From: Myxococcales bacterium
GTDB taxonomy: Bacteria > Myxococcota_A > Polyangia > Polyangiales > Polyangiaceae
Assembly: GCA_043747615.1 (NCBI GenBank)
Contig: JAYTOU010000046.1
Coordinates: 32,001-96,000, forward strand
DNA: 64,000 nt
Direction: 5' to 3'
The translations under genes were made by a program, and so were the position numbers. The notes below the pieces were generated by a model. That model saw nothing but the letters and a program-made list of their open reading frames with translations. It was not told the origin of the DNA and ran no database searches. Every line of letters starts with the position of its first letter. Within the stretch, counting starts at the first letter, position 1. Below are positions 10,120-20,273 of this stretch, piece by piece.

Positions 10120-12072
10120 ATGCGCGTCTTCCTGCGTCACGTGTTCTTCGTCGGCGTGGTCGCTTTTCTGATCATCGCGTGCGGCTCGCGCACCGGTCTG
10201 CTCGGCGGCGACTTCACGGATTTCGCCGTCGACGCCACTCCGGACATCGTCGGCGATCAAACCGTTCCCATGGATGGCCAGCTCGACGAAGGCTTCCCCG
10301 ATGGTCCGCTCTTCGAAGGCGGCCCCCTCGACGTCATCACCGATTGCGCTGCTCCGGCCTACTGCGATCCGCGCGACCTCGGCAACGTCTACAAGTGCGG
10401 CGTCCCGGTTTTTCAGTGCAGCTCGCTCGAGAGCTGCCTCAACGCGAAATGCGTGAACCCCTGCCAGGACACGCTCGGCCAGGACACCTCGAACGGCTGC
10501 GAGTTCTTCGCGCCCGAGATGGACACCGTGCCCGAGGCGGAGGGCGTTTGCTACGCCGTCTTCATCGTAAACCAGTGGAAGACGGGCGAGCCTGCGCGGA
10601 TCGAAGTGGATCGAGGAGGAGCGAGCCTTCCCATCGAGCAATTTGCGCGCATCCCCGTGGGGACGGGAACGAACATCATCTACACGCCGTACGTGAAGGC
10701 GCAGGGCCTCGCGCGTGATCAAGTTGCGATCTTGTTCTTGTCGCGCGATCCGGCGGCAGAGAGCGATCCGAATCCGTCCGCGCCGCGCCGCCTTGCGGGC
10801 TGCCCAGCGGGCGTAATCCCAGCGGTGGTGGGCGATGCAGCGCTCCACGGAACGGGCACGGGAACGGCATTTCACATCAAGACGAACGTGCCGGTCGTCT
10901 CGTACCAGATCCTTCCGTACGGAGGCGGACGCGCGCGGGTGACCGGAGCGACGCTGCTCCTGCCCACGAACGTGTGGGACACGAACTACCTCGCCGTGAA
11001 CGCCTACGCCAAACCAACCGGCTTCGCCGAGCTCCGCGCGGGGCCGACGATGGCGATCTTGGCCAAAGAGGACGGGACGAGCGTCACCATCAAACCGACC
11101 GCGGCGATCGTTGGCGGAGGCGGGCTCGCTGGAACGCCGGCGGACGTGTCGCTTACCTACAGTCTCAATCGTGGGCAGTACCTACAGTTCACGCAGGATG
11201 AGGAGCTCACGGGGAGCGCCGTCCAATCGGACAAGCCCATCGCGGTGATCGGCGGCTCGACGCTCATGGACGTGCCGGTCACGCGCACCCTACGCGCCGA
11301 CGGTGCCGAGCAGATGCTTCCGCCGGTGAAGGCGCTTGGTAGCGAATACCTCGCCGTGCGCTACCGCAGCCGCGACAAGGTCACTCCGGAGAGCGTGCCG
11401 TGGCGCGTGGTCGGCGCGGTCGACGGAACTACGCTCACCTACGATCCTCCGCAACTGGGCGCACCGGCGACGATCAACGCCCGTCAGCTCGTCGAGTTCA
11501 CCGCGCCGGGCCCCTTCGTCATTTCGAGCCAGGGTGCGGATCATCCCTTTTACCTCGCGCAATACATGACCGGCGGAATGCCCTACGACGGCGAAGGCGA
11601 TCCCGAGTTCGTCAACGTGATCTCGCCGACGCAGTTCTTGCCGCGCTACACGTTCTTCACCGATCCCACGTACCCGGAGACGAACTTGGTCGTGACGCGC
11701 GTGAAGGACGCGACGCTCGGCATCTTCCCGAACGTGTCGCTCGACTGCGCGGGGACGCTCTCCGGATGGGCGCCCGTGGGGACGAGCGGCAACTACGAAT
11801 TCATGCGCATCGATCTCTCGACCGGAAATTTTCAGGGTCAGAACGGATGCGACAACGGGGTCCACACCCTCACCGCGACGCTCGCGGGCGGCGGTCCGAC
11901 GGCGAAACCGCGCGCCGGAGCGACGGTCTGGGGCTGGGGAAATCCGATCACGTATGCGCCGACGGACCCCCCAGCAGAATCGAATCCGAAGTTCACGCGC
12001 TGGGTGAGCTACGGCTACCCGGTGGGCGCGAACATCACGCAGCTCAACAGCGTCGTCCTCAGCGCCCAATAA
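10120..12072 (+). CDS. IgGFc-binding-domain Cys-rich lipoprotein
   Basis: Lipobox IIAC; GCEFFA, ATLLLPTNVWDTNY, SDKPIAVIGG, EQMLPPVKALGSEY, GDPEFV, SYGYPVG resemble the IgGFc_binding N-terminal domain common in myxobacteria. Confidence 0.8.
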   Translation: MRVFLRHVFFVGVVAFLIIACGSRTGLLGGDFTDFAVDATPDIVGDQTVPMDGQLDEGFPDGPLFEGGPLDVITDCAAPAYCDPRDLGNVYKCGVPVFQCSSLESCLNAKCVNPCQDTLGQDTSNGCEFFAPEMDTVPEAEGVCYAVFIVNQWKTGEPARIEVDRGGASLPIEQFARIPVGTGTNIIYTPYVKAQGLARDQVAILFLSRDPAAESDPNPSAPRRLAGCPAGVIPAVVGDAALHGTGTGTAFHIKTNVPVVSYQILPYGGGRARVTGATLLLPTNVWDTNYLAVNAYAKPTGFAELRAGPTMAILAKEDGTSVTIKPTAAIVGGGGLAGTPADVSLTYSLNRGQYLQFTQDEELTGSAVQSDKPIAVIGGSTLMDVPVTRTLRADGAEQMLPPVKALGSEYLAVRYRSRDKVTPESVPWRVVGAVDGTTLTYDPPQLGAPATINARQLVEFTAPGPFVISSQGADHPFYLAQYMTGGMPYDGEGDPEFVNVISPTQFLPRYTFFTDPTYPETNLVVTRVKDATLGIFPNVSLDCAGTLSGWAPVGTSGNYEFMRIDLSTGNFQGQNGCDNGVHTLTATLAGGGPTAKPRAGATVWGWGNPITYAPTDPPAESNPKFTRWVSYGYPVGANITQLNSVVLSAQ

Positions 12073-12080
12073 GCGCTGCT

Positions 12081-12905
12081 CTACATATCCGTCATCAGCG
12101 TCGTGACCAAGTAGTCCGCCGCGAAAATGGCGACGATGCTCGAGACGACCGCCTTCGCCGTAGCCTCGCCGACGCCGCGCGCACCGCCCGAGGCAAAAAA
12201 GCCTTTTTTGCAGCAGATGGTGCTGACGATGACCCCGAAAATCATGCTCTTGGTCGCGAGCATTCGGAGATCGCTGACCTGCACGAACTGGCGAATCTTG
12301 TCGAAGAACACGCCAGGATCGATCGCCTGCCAGACCACCGCCACGATGTACGCGCCGACCATGCCGGAGAGCGCGAAGAGAACGGCCAAGAGAGGCAGCA
12401 TGAGAGTGGTGGCGACGACGCGCGGGACGACGAGATACTGAATCGGGCTGACGCCCATGGTGGTGATGGCGTCAATCTGCTCGGTGACCCGCATGTTGCC
12501 GAGCTCGCTCGCCATCGTGCTGCCCGCGCGCGCAGTGACGACGACGCCAGCAAGAACGGGGGCAAGCTCGCGCGCGAGGGCAAGAGCAACGACGCCGCCG
12601 ACCATTCCCTCCGCAGAAAATTGGCGGAAGCCGACGATGCTGCTGACGGTGAAGGCCATTCCCGTGAAGAGCCCCACGAGGCACACGATGAACGTCGATC
12701 CTGCGCCGATGAACTCGAGCGCGATGAGAAATTGGGTTGCTCGGAACGGCCGGCGAAAGAGCCAGATCAGCGCTTGCCCGCCGAGGAGCATCGTCGCTCC
12801 GAGATCGTCGAGCCCTCGGAGAAGCGGCGCGACCGTCCGCTCGTAGACGAAGGTGATGACGCCCCCGTCTTCCGGAGATCCACCTGGAGATTCGTCGTCG
12901 CTCAC
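12081..12905 (-). CDS. mlaE: MlaE-family ABC transporter permease
   Basis: RELAPVLAGVVVTARAGSTMASELGNMRVTEQIDAITTMG, YLVVPR, GGARGVGEATAKAVV. Confidence 0.92.
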   Translation of the reverse strand: MSDDESPGGSPEDGGVITFVYERTVAPLLRGLDDLGATMLLGGQALIWLFRRPFRATQFLIALEFIGAGSTFIVCLVGLFTGMAFTVSSIVGFRQFSAEGMVGGVVALALARELAPVLAGVVVTARAGSTMASELGNMRVTEQIDAITTMGVSPIQYLVVPRVVATTLMLPLLAVLFALSGMVGAYIVAVVWQAIDPGVFFDKIRQFVQVSDLRMLATKSMIFGVIVSTICCKKGFFASGGARGVGEATAKAVVSSIVAIFAADYLVTTLMTDM

Positions 12906-13079
12906 GGCGGCGCGAGTCTAGCACGCCGACTCGTTTACCCCGGCGTCACACAAGGTACGGTCACGAAGTAGCGAACAGTGGGCGATGAGACTGGCGGTTC
13001 CGTCCGATTTGCAGCGATAGACGAGAACGACCTCTGCGTCGACCGGCCCCCGCGAAGAGCTTGAGGGGCTCGGGCGGTG

Positions 13080-14378
13080 CTAAGGCTCGCGGTAGAAGCG
13101 GGGGACACGCCTCGAAATAGAAGTCAGGACTTCCCAGGCGATCGTCCCGGCGTGCGCAGCGAGCTCTTCGGCACCGATCGTGTCCCTGCCGAGCGGACCC
13201 TCTTGCGCGCCGAGGACCACCGCCTCGTCCCGCACGGTCACGCCCGGAAGATCCGTGACGTCGATCATCGACATATCCATGGAGACTGCGCCGACGATGG
13301 GCGCGCGCTTTCCGCGAACGAGGATGTGCCCTTTGTTCGACAGGTGACGGGAGAGCCCGTCGGCATATCCCACGGGGATGGTGGCGATGCGCGAAGGACG
13401 CGACGCGCGCCACAGGCCGCCGTAGCCGACGGGGGTACCGGCGGCGATCTCGCGCACGTCGATTACCTCGCTGCGCACGCGCATGACCGGTCGAAGCTCG
13501 CGGGTGAGGACATCGTGGGTGGCGGAGACGATCGACGGGGATACGCCGAAGAGCGCGATTCCCGGACGTACGGCATCGAGCTTGGTCGCCGGTAGACGGA
13601 GGAGCGCAGCGGAGTTCGCGGCGTGTCTCACCGAGGGGGTGATGCCTCTGCTCGCGAGAAGCGCCGTCGCTTCGTCGAATCGAACGATCTGCTCGGCCAT
13701 GCTCTCTTCGCCGGCCGCATCGGCGTCCGCGAGATGGGTCATCAATCCGCGGACGACGATCTCCGGAACGTCCTCGAGCATCGCTGCGAACGAAGGGAGC
13801 TCCTTCATCGTGACGCCGAGGCGCGCCATGCCGGTGTCGACTTTTAGGTGTACCTCGACGGGGCCGGGGACGAGGCCGGCGCGAACGAGGCGCGCAAATG
13901 CCTCGATTTGCCCTTCGTCATAGACGACAGGCACGAGTCTTCGAGCGAGAACCTCGCCATGAGCATCGCCGTAGTAGCCACCCATGATCAGGATCGGTGC
14001 GCGAATTCCTGCCTCGCGAAGCTCGATTCCTTCTTCCGGAAGAGCAACGCAAAATCCGTGAGCGCCGGCACGCTCGAGGGTGCGCGCAACCGCAGGGGCT
14101 CCGTGGCCGTAGCCGTCGGCTTTGAGTACGGCCCACACCTTCGCGGTCCCTGCGTGGCGCGCAACGACATGCAAGTTGTGACGGAGCGACTCGAGGTTCA
14201 CCTCTGCCCGCGTCGGCCTAACCGCATCGGCAGGCGCTGCGCGACGGGGCTTGAGCACGCGAGGCTCGCTCGGACGCGCCGCCGGGATCGCCGAGGCGGA
14301 GGGGTGCGTCGGCGGTCCGTCTTCGGTCGGCGCCACGGAAGTGCGCTCGAGCGCAGGCGTGGGAAACTCGGTGCTCAT
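13080..14378 (-). CDS. alr: Alanine racemase
   Basis: AVLKADGYGHG, HLKVDTGMARLG, HAANSAA, VRPGIALFG, GYADG, VSMDM; AGGAG Shine-Dalgarno upstream. Confidence 0.97.
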   Translation of the reverse strand: MSTEFPTPALERTSVAPTEDGPPTHPSASAIPAARPSEPRVLKPRRAAPADAVRPTRAEVNLESLRHNLHVVARHAGTAKVWAVLKADGYGHGAPAVARTLERAGAHGFCVALPEEGIELREAGIRAPILIMGGYYGDAHGEVLARRLVPVVYDEGQIEAFARLVRAGLVPGPVEVHLKVDTGMARLGVTMKELPSFAAMLEDVPEIVVRGLMTHLADADAAGEESMAEQIVRFDEATALLASRGITPSVRHAANSAALLRLPATKLDAVRPGIALFGVSPSIVSATHDVLTRELRPVMRVRSEVIDVREIAAGTPVGYGGLWRASRPSRIATIPVGYADGLSRHLSNKGHILVRGKRAPIVGAVSMDMSMIDVTDLPGVTVRDEAVVLGAQEGPLGRDTIGAEELAAHAGTIAWEVLTSISRRVPRFYREP

Positions 14379-14486
14379 CGTTCTCTCCTAAGGGCTATAA
14401 GGAAACCCGTGTTTTTCAAGCACCAATGAAGGCACGCGCTAGATCTCTACTCGATCTCGTAAGCCGTGCTACTCACGCCCCGAACA

Positions 14487-15647
14487 ATGGCGAATCTCGC
14501 ATCCTCAGCGCCGAGCACAAGAGGCAGGCGCACGCGTTATATTTTTCCGATAGTCGTTCTCTTGCTGGTTATCGGAGGATTGATCAGCGTCAAGTTCGCG
14601 CAGATTTCCTCCCTGATCGCGATGGGCAAGGCGGGGCAGAAAGCCGGCCCGCCACCGGAAACGGTCAGCGTCGCGCTCGCCGAGGAGCAGGTCTGGGAGG
14701 GCGCGCTCTCCGCAGTCGGCAGCATCGCTGCAGCGCGCGGCGTGTCGGTGAGCAACGACGCGCCGGGAGTGGTCTCCCGCATCAACTTCGAGTCGGGCGC
14801 GCAGGTGACCGCCGGACAAATTTTGGTCGAGCTCGATACGAGCGTCGAGCGCGCTCAGCTCGCCTCGTCGCAGGCCAGAAAGGATCTCGCGCTCCTCACG
14901 GTCACCCGATCGCGCAGCCTCGCCAAGAGCAACACCATTCCTCTTTCGCAGGTCGATGGAGACGAGGCCCAGCTGAAGGCGAGCACCACCGACTTCACCG
15001 CGCTCCAGGCCCAGATCGAGCGCAAGATCGTGCGCGCCCCCTTCGCAGGTCGCCTCGGCATCCGCGCCGTCAACCTCGGGCAATACTTGAACCCCGGCAC
15101 GACGCTCACCGTGCTCGAGGCGATCGAATCGGTGTACGTCGACTTCGCGCTGCCGCAGCAGCTCCTCGCCGAGATCAAAGTCGGCATGCCCGTGCGCGTG
15201 AACATCGAGGGCGCTGACGGAGTCGACGGAGGCTTGCCGTCCGACGGCATCGTCGCCGCAGTGGACCCCACGGTGGACGCCGCGACTCGCACGATCAAGG
15301 TGCGAGCGAGCGTCCCCAACAAGCAGGAACGCCTTCGCCCCGGCATGTTCGCCGAGGTGTCCGTGGTCCTCCCGAAGCGCGGGAGCGTGGTCGCCATTCC
15401 GCAGACTGCGGTCGTTCACGCATCGTACGGAGACTCGGTATTCGTGGTGGAGGACGCCAAGGTGCGGCAGCAATTCGTTCGCCTCGGTGACGCGCGTGGC
15501 GATTTCGTGACCGTCGTCGACGGGGTGAAAGCCGGGCAACGGGTGGTGAGCGCGGGGGCGTTCAAGCTCCGCAACGGCTCGGGGATCACCATCGTGCCCG
15601 ACGTGAAGCCGGCACCGCAGCTGAATCCGCAACCCGAAAATCACTGA
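14487..15647 (+). CDS. RND efflux periplasmic adaptor (membrane fusion protein)
   Basis: N-terminal anchor, lipoyl-like GQILVELD and RAPFAGRLG, LRPGMFA. Confidence 0.93.
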   Translation: MANLASSAPSTRGRRTRYIFPIVVLLLVIGGLISVKFAQISSLIAMGKAGQKAGPPPETVSVALAEEQVWEGALSAVGSIAAARGVSVSNDAPGVVSRINFESGAQVTAGQILVELDTSVERAQLASSQARKDLALLTVTRSRSLAKSNTIPLSQVDGDEAQLKASTTDFTALQAQIERKIVRAPFAGRLGIRAVNLGQYLNPGTTLTVLEAIESVYVDFALPQQLLAEIKVGMPVRVNIEGADGVDGGLPSDGIVAAVDPTVDAATRTIKVRASVPNKQERLRPGMFAEVSVVLPKRGSVVAIPQTAVVHASYGDSVFVVEDAKVRQQFVRLGDARGDFVTVVDGVKAGQRVVSAGAFKLRNGSGITIVPDVKPAPQLNPQPENH

Positions 15648-15650
15648 GCC

Positions 15651-18600
15651 ATGAACTTCACAGACGTCTTCATCCGTCGGCCGGTCCTGGCGATCGTCGT
15701 CAGCTTGGTCATCGTCATCGCCGGGTTGCAAGCGGTGCGCAGCCTCAACGTTCGCCAATATCCTAAGCTCGAGAGCGCGACGGTCACCGTCCGCACCGTG
15801 TACGTCGGGGCGAGCGCCGATCTCGTGCGGGGCTTCATCAGCACGCCCCTCGAGCGCGCCATCGCTGCGGCCGACGGCATCGACTACATCGAGTCGCAGA
15901 GCGTGCAAGGGCTCTCGACGATCAGCGTGCGTCTCAAGCTGAATTTCAGCGCCGGCAACGCCCTCGCGGACATCAGCGCCCGCGTCAACCAGGTGCGCGC
16001 CGATCTGCCTCCCGAAGCAGAGGTCCCGGCGATCAACATCGAGCCATCGGACGCGCAGATCGCGGCGATGTACCTGAGCTTCGGTTCCACGTTGCTCGAA
16101 GAGAATCAGGTCACCGATTACCTCATTCGCGTCGTGCAGCCGCGGCTCTCGGCGATTCCCGGCGTGCAGCGCGCCGACATCCTCGGGGGTCGAACCTTTG
16201 CGATCCGAGCATGGTTGAAGCCCGATCGCATGGCCTCGCTCAACGTCAGTCCGTCTCAAGTGCGCCAGGCGCTGGCGGCGAACAATTCTCTTTCGGCGAT
16301 CGGTCAGACCAAGGGCGCGCTCATCCAGCTCAATCTCACCGCATCGACCGATCTCAAAACCGTCGATGAGTTCAAGAAGCTCGTCATTCGCCAGCAAAAC
16401 GGCGCGCTGGTTCGTCTGCAAGACATCGCCGACGTAACCCTCGGTGCCGACAACTACGAGCAGGACGTGCGTTTCTCCGGCCGAAGAGCGCTCTTCATGG
16501 GGGTGTGGGTCCTTCCCAACGCCAACTCGCTCGAGGTCATCGCGAAGGTGCGAAACGAAGTCGCGATCATCAAGGGCGAGCTCCCTACGGGTATGGAAGC
16601 CAACGTCGCGTTCGACTCCACCAAGTACATCAACAACGCTATCGAAGAAGTGATCAAGACTCTGAGCGAGACGGTGCTCATCGTCATCATCGTCATCTTC
16701 CTCTTTCTCGGCTCGCTGCGCACCGTGCTGGTCCCGCTGGTCGCGATCCCGGTGTCGCTCATCGGAGCCGTCTTTCTGATGCAGGTCTTCGGCTTCACTG
16801 TGAACCTCTTGACCCTCCTCGCCGTCGTCCTCGCCGTAGGACTGGTGGTCGACGACGCCATCGTGGTGGTGGAGAACGTCGAGCGCCACATGCGCGAGGG
16901 AAAGACCGCCCTCGAAGCATCCCTCCTCGGCGCCCGCGAGCTGGTCGGTCCCATCGTGGCGATGACCATCACCCTTGCCGCGGTCTATGCGCCGATCGGC
17001 TTTCAGGGCGGCCTCACCGGCTCGCTCTTCCGCGAGTTCGCATTCACTCTGGCCGGCGCGGTGTTCATCTCCGGAGTGGTCGCCCTCACCCTCTCGCCGA
17101 TGATGTCGTCGAAGCTTCTGCTTCCGCACGGCAACCAGGGAATGCTCGGGCGCAACATCGATCGCGGGTTCGAATTCGTGAAGCGCACCTACGGTCGCGC
17201 GCTCGGCGTCACGTTGCGAACGCGCGGCGTGGTCTATGGTGTGTGGATCACGCTCTCCATCCTGGTGGTGCCGCTCTACCTGTTTTCACCGCAGGAGCTC
17301 GCGCCGACCGAGGATCAAGGCGTGATCTTCGGTGCCCTCGACGTGCCCGCGAACGCGACCCTCGAGCAGATGAGCCCCTACGCGGGGGAGATCAATCGCC
17401 TCTTCCAGACAGAGCCCGAGTTCGATCACAGCTTCCAAATTACCTTCGCCACCGGCGGCTTCGGCGGGATGCTCGCGAAACCGTGGGACGAGCGAAAGCG
17501 CTCGATTTTCCCAGTCCAGGAAGATCTCTTCAAGAAGATGTCGGGAATTTCGGGCGTACGCGCCCCCGTCTTTCTGCCCTCGGCGCTGCCCAGTGCGGGC
17601 TTCTTCCCGGTCGAGTTCGTGATCGCGTCGACGGCGAGCCACGAAGACTTAATTCGCTTCGCCGAACAGCTCACGCAAGAGGCGATGAAGAGCGGACTCT
17701 TCGCCTTCCCGCCCATCACCGACGTGCGAATCGATCAGGCGAAAGTCGAGGTGGTTTTGGACCGCGACAAGATCGCTTCGATGGGCCTCAGTCTCCAGCA
17801 GGTCGGCGGCGATCTGTCGTCAATGCTCGGCGGTAACTTCGTCAACCGCTTCAACATCGACGGCCGAAGCTACAAGGTCATTCCGCAGATCGAGCGCGCC
17901 GGACGGCTCACCGTCGATCAACTCAAGGACATACACATCACCGGACCGAACGGCCAACTCATGCCGCTCAGCGCCGTCGCCACCTTCCGCTCGGGAGTCG
18001 AGCCGCGAACGTTGAACCGCTTTCAGCAGCTCAACGCCATCAAGATCTCGGGCCTCGCGCCCCGCTCGCTCGACGGCGGCCTCCGTGTCCTGGAAGACGC
18101 CGCAGCGCGGATCCTTCCGGCCGGATACCGCGTCGACTACACCGGCGAGTCGCGTCAGCTCCGGCAAGAGAGCGGCAAGTTCCTCCCGGCGATGGGTCTC
18201 GCGCTCGTGCTCATCTTCTTGGTGCTCGCGGCGCAGTTCAACTCGTTCCGCGATCCGTTCGTCATCCTCGCTGGCTCGGTGCCGCTCGCGATGTTCGGCG
18301 CGCTCGTCTTCACCTTCCTGAAGTTCGCCGGCCCGCCCGGAATGCACTTCAAGCTCACCGAAGGCTGGACGACGACCCTCAACATTTACTCCCAAGTCGG
18401 GTTGGTCACGCTGGTCGGCTTGGTGTCGAAGAACGGGATTCTGATCGTCGAGTTCGCGAACGCTCAACAGGAGCTCGGGCTGACCAAGCTCGAAGCCGTT
18501 CACGTCGCGGCCATGACCCGCCTTCGCCCGATTCTGATGACGACCGCGGCCACCGTCGCCGGCCATTTTCCCCTTACCCTCGTCACGGGACCGGGCGCCG

Positions 18601-18764
18601 TAGCTCGAAACTCGATCGGCATCGTCCTCGTCGGCGGCATGACCATCGGCACGTTTTTCACGCTCTTCGTGGTTCCCGCGGTCTACGTGCTCATCGCGAA
18701 AGACCACCGCGCCACGGTACCGGCGGTTGCATCGACGGATTCTTTTGCGGTGGCCAGCGATTGA
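15651..18764 (+). CDS. RND efflux permease (AcrB/MexW/MexI-like)
   Basis: 1037 aa; MNFTDVFIRRPVLA, GLVVDDAIVVVENV, KNGILIVEFAN, RLRPILMTT. Confidence 0.96.
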   Translation: MNFTDVFIRRPVLAIVVSLVIVIAGLQAVRSLNVRQYPKLESATVTVRTVYVGASADLVRGFISTPLERAIAAADGIDYIESQSVQGLSTISVRLKLNFSAGNALADISARVNQVRADLPPEAEVPAINIEPSDAQIAAMYLSFGSTLLEENQVTDYLIRVVQPRLSAIPGVQRADILGGRTFAIRAWLKPDRMASLNVSPSQVRQALAANNSLSAIGQTKGALIQLNLTASTDLKTVDEFKKLVIRQQNGALVRLQDIADVTLGADNYEQDVRFSGRRALFMGVWVLPNANSLEVIAKVRNEVAIIKGELPTGMEANVAFDSTKYINNAIEEVIKTLSETVLIVIIVIFLFLGSLRTVLVPLVAIPVSLIGAVFLMQVFGFTVNLLTLLAVVLAVGLVVDDAIVVVENVERHMREGKTALEASLLGARELVGPIVAMTITLAAVYAPIGFQGGLTGSLFREFAFTLAGAVFISGVVALTLSPMMSSKLLLPHGNQGMLGRNIDRGFEFVKRTYGRALGVTLRTRGVVYGVWITLSILVVPLYLFSPQELAPTEDQGVIFGALDVPANATLEQMSPYAGEINRLFQTEPEFDHSFQITFATGGFGGMLAKPWDERKRSIFPVQEDLFKKMSGISGVRAPVFLPSALPSAGFFPVEFVIASTASHEDLIRFAEQLTQEAMKSGLFAFPPITDVRIDQAKVEVVLDRDKIASMGLSLQQVGGDLSSMLGGNFVNRFNIDGRSYKVIPQIERAGRLTVDQLKDIHITGPNGQLMPLSAVATFRSGVEPRTLNRFQQLNAIKISGLAPRSLDGGLRVLEDAAARILPAGYRVDYTGESRQLRQESGKFLPAMGLALVLIFLVLAAQFNSFRDPFVILAGSVPLAMFGALVFTFLKFAGPPGMHFKLTEGWTTTLNIYSQVGLVTLVGLVSKNGILIVEFANAQQELGLTKLEAVHVAAMTRLRPILMTTAATVAGHFPLTLVTGPGAVARNSIGIVLVGGMTIGTFFTLFVVPAVYVLIAKDHRATVPAVASTDSFAVASD

Positions 18765-18799
18765 CGGTTGTGATTGGGAAACGGATACTCAGAAGGGGC

Positions 18800-20272
18800 A
18801 TGGACGACGCACTCGAGGAGATTAGCCAGCGGGCAAAGATGCGTCTCGGGACGGTCTTGCACGGAAAGTGGCAGCTCGATTCTCTCCTCGGCATCGGAGG
18901 GATGGCGGTCGTCTACGCCGCGACCCATCGGAACGGAAAAAGAGCAGCGGTGAAGGTGCTCCACCCGGAGCAGTCGTTGAGCCCCACGGTGCGCGCGCGC
19001 TTCCTCCGGGAAGGCTACGTAGCGAACAAAGTCGGGCACCCCGGGGCGGTCTCGATTCTCGACGACGATCTCGCGGAGGACGGCTCTTATTTTCTGGTGA
19101 TGGAGCTCCTCGACGGTGACGTCATCGATGCGCGCGTTGGACGAGGCGAGACCATGCCTGTCGGGGACGTCCTCGCTATCGCCGATCAGGTCCTCGACGT
19201 TCTCGCGGCAGCGCACGCCAAGAACATCATTCATCGCGACTTGAAACCGCAGAACTTGTTTCTCACCCGCGACGGAACGGTGAAAGTGCTCGATTTCGGA
19301 ATTGCGCGCCTGCGCGAGCTGTCCGAGGCCGCCCATTCCGGTGCCACCACGTCGTCGACGATGGGGACGCCCGCGTTCATGCCGCCCGAGCAAGCGCGCG
19401 GTCGCTGGGCAGAGGTCGACGCGCAGTCCGACATCTGGGCCGTCGGAGCGACGATGTTCACCCTCCTCACGGGTCGCTTCGTGCACGAAGCCCCCACCGT
19501 GAACGAGCAGCTCCTCGCAGCGATGACAGTGCCGGCGCAGAGCCTCGCCGTCGTCGCTCCGGACATGCCGCCGTCGGTCGTTGCGGTGGTCGATCGCGCG
19601 CTCGAGTACCTTTGCGATGAGCGCTGGCCCGATGCGCGCGAGATGCAAACCGCGGTGCGCGAGGCTTACCAGCTCGTAACGGGTCTCGTGCTCTCGCAGT
19701 CGCGGCAGGCGCTTGCGGCGCGGGCGTCCCTGTCCACCCTCGATCCCGCGCTCGCCCAAGCCGTGGGCGAGGCCCCGACCATCAGCGCCGATCCTATGCT
19801 CAGCACCGATCGCTCGTCGTCGAGGGGCGCGTCGTCCGCCAGGAGCGATCCTGGCGCGAAGGTCGGGCGGATCTCGCTCGCTACCGCGTCGCTGATCAGC
19901 GTTCCCCCAAGCGTTCACGGTGAGGTGCGTGCAAAGCGCGGAGTAACGTTGCTGGTGCTCGCGGGAGCGCTCGCGCTTGCGGCCGTGCTCGCGTTCACGC
20001 TCGGTCGCGGAAGTGCGGGCGGAGCCGCTGCCTCAGGAATTGCGGAGACCGTGCAGACTCCGCACGCGCAGGCCGTCGCGTCCGAGATCCCACGCGAGCC
20101 GCCGCTGCCCCCGCCCGCGCTGCCGAGCGTGGCGACCGTCAAAAGCGCTGCCAGCCCGCCGCACGCGATCTCAACAATTCCGAAGACACCCAAGGTCACG
20201 CCCCCTCCTTTCGCATCGAGCGCAGCGCCTCCGGCTTCGAGCGCGGTCGACATTTTCGGCCGTCGAAAATGA
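18800..20272 (+). CDS. Hanks-type Ser/Thr protein kinase with one TM helix
   Basis: GIGGMAVVY, AAVK, HRDLKPQN, DFGIAR, GTPAFMPPEQ; TM helix, Pro-rich tail, ends DIFGRRK. Confidence 0.95.
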   Translation: MDDALEEISQRAKMRLGTVLHGKWQLDSLLGIGGMAVVYAATHRNGKRAAVKVLHPEQSLSPTVRARFLREGYVANKVGHPGAVSILDDDLAEDGSYFLVMELLDGDVIDARVGRGETMPVGDVLAIADQVLDVLAAAHAKNIIHRDLKPQNLFLTRDGTVKVLDFGIARLRELSEAAHSGATTSSTMGTPAFMPPEQARGRWAEVDAQSDIWAVGATMFTLLTGRFVHEAPTVNEQLLAAMTVPAQSLAVVAPDMPPSVVAVVDRALEYLCDERWPDAREMQTAVREAYQLVTGLVLSQSRQALAARASLSTLDPALAQAVGEAPTISADPMLSTDRSSSRGASSARSDPGAKVGRISLATASLISVPPSVHGEVRAKRGVTLLVLAGALALAAVLAFTLGRGSAGGAAASGIAETVQTPHAQAVASEIPREPPLPPPALPSVATVKSAASPPHAISTIPKTPKVTPPPFASSAAPPASSAVDIFGRRK

Positions 20273-20273
20273 C

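Noticed and set aside
12921..13079. Possible ncRNA or riboswitch between alr and mlaE
   Set aside because: No recognisable conserved motif or strong structure; an Rfam/Infernal scan would be needed
14505..17129. 874-aa antisense ORF over the RND genes
   Set aside because: Shadow ORF typical of high-GC codon bias; no motifs
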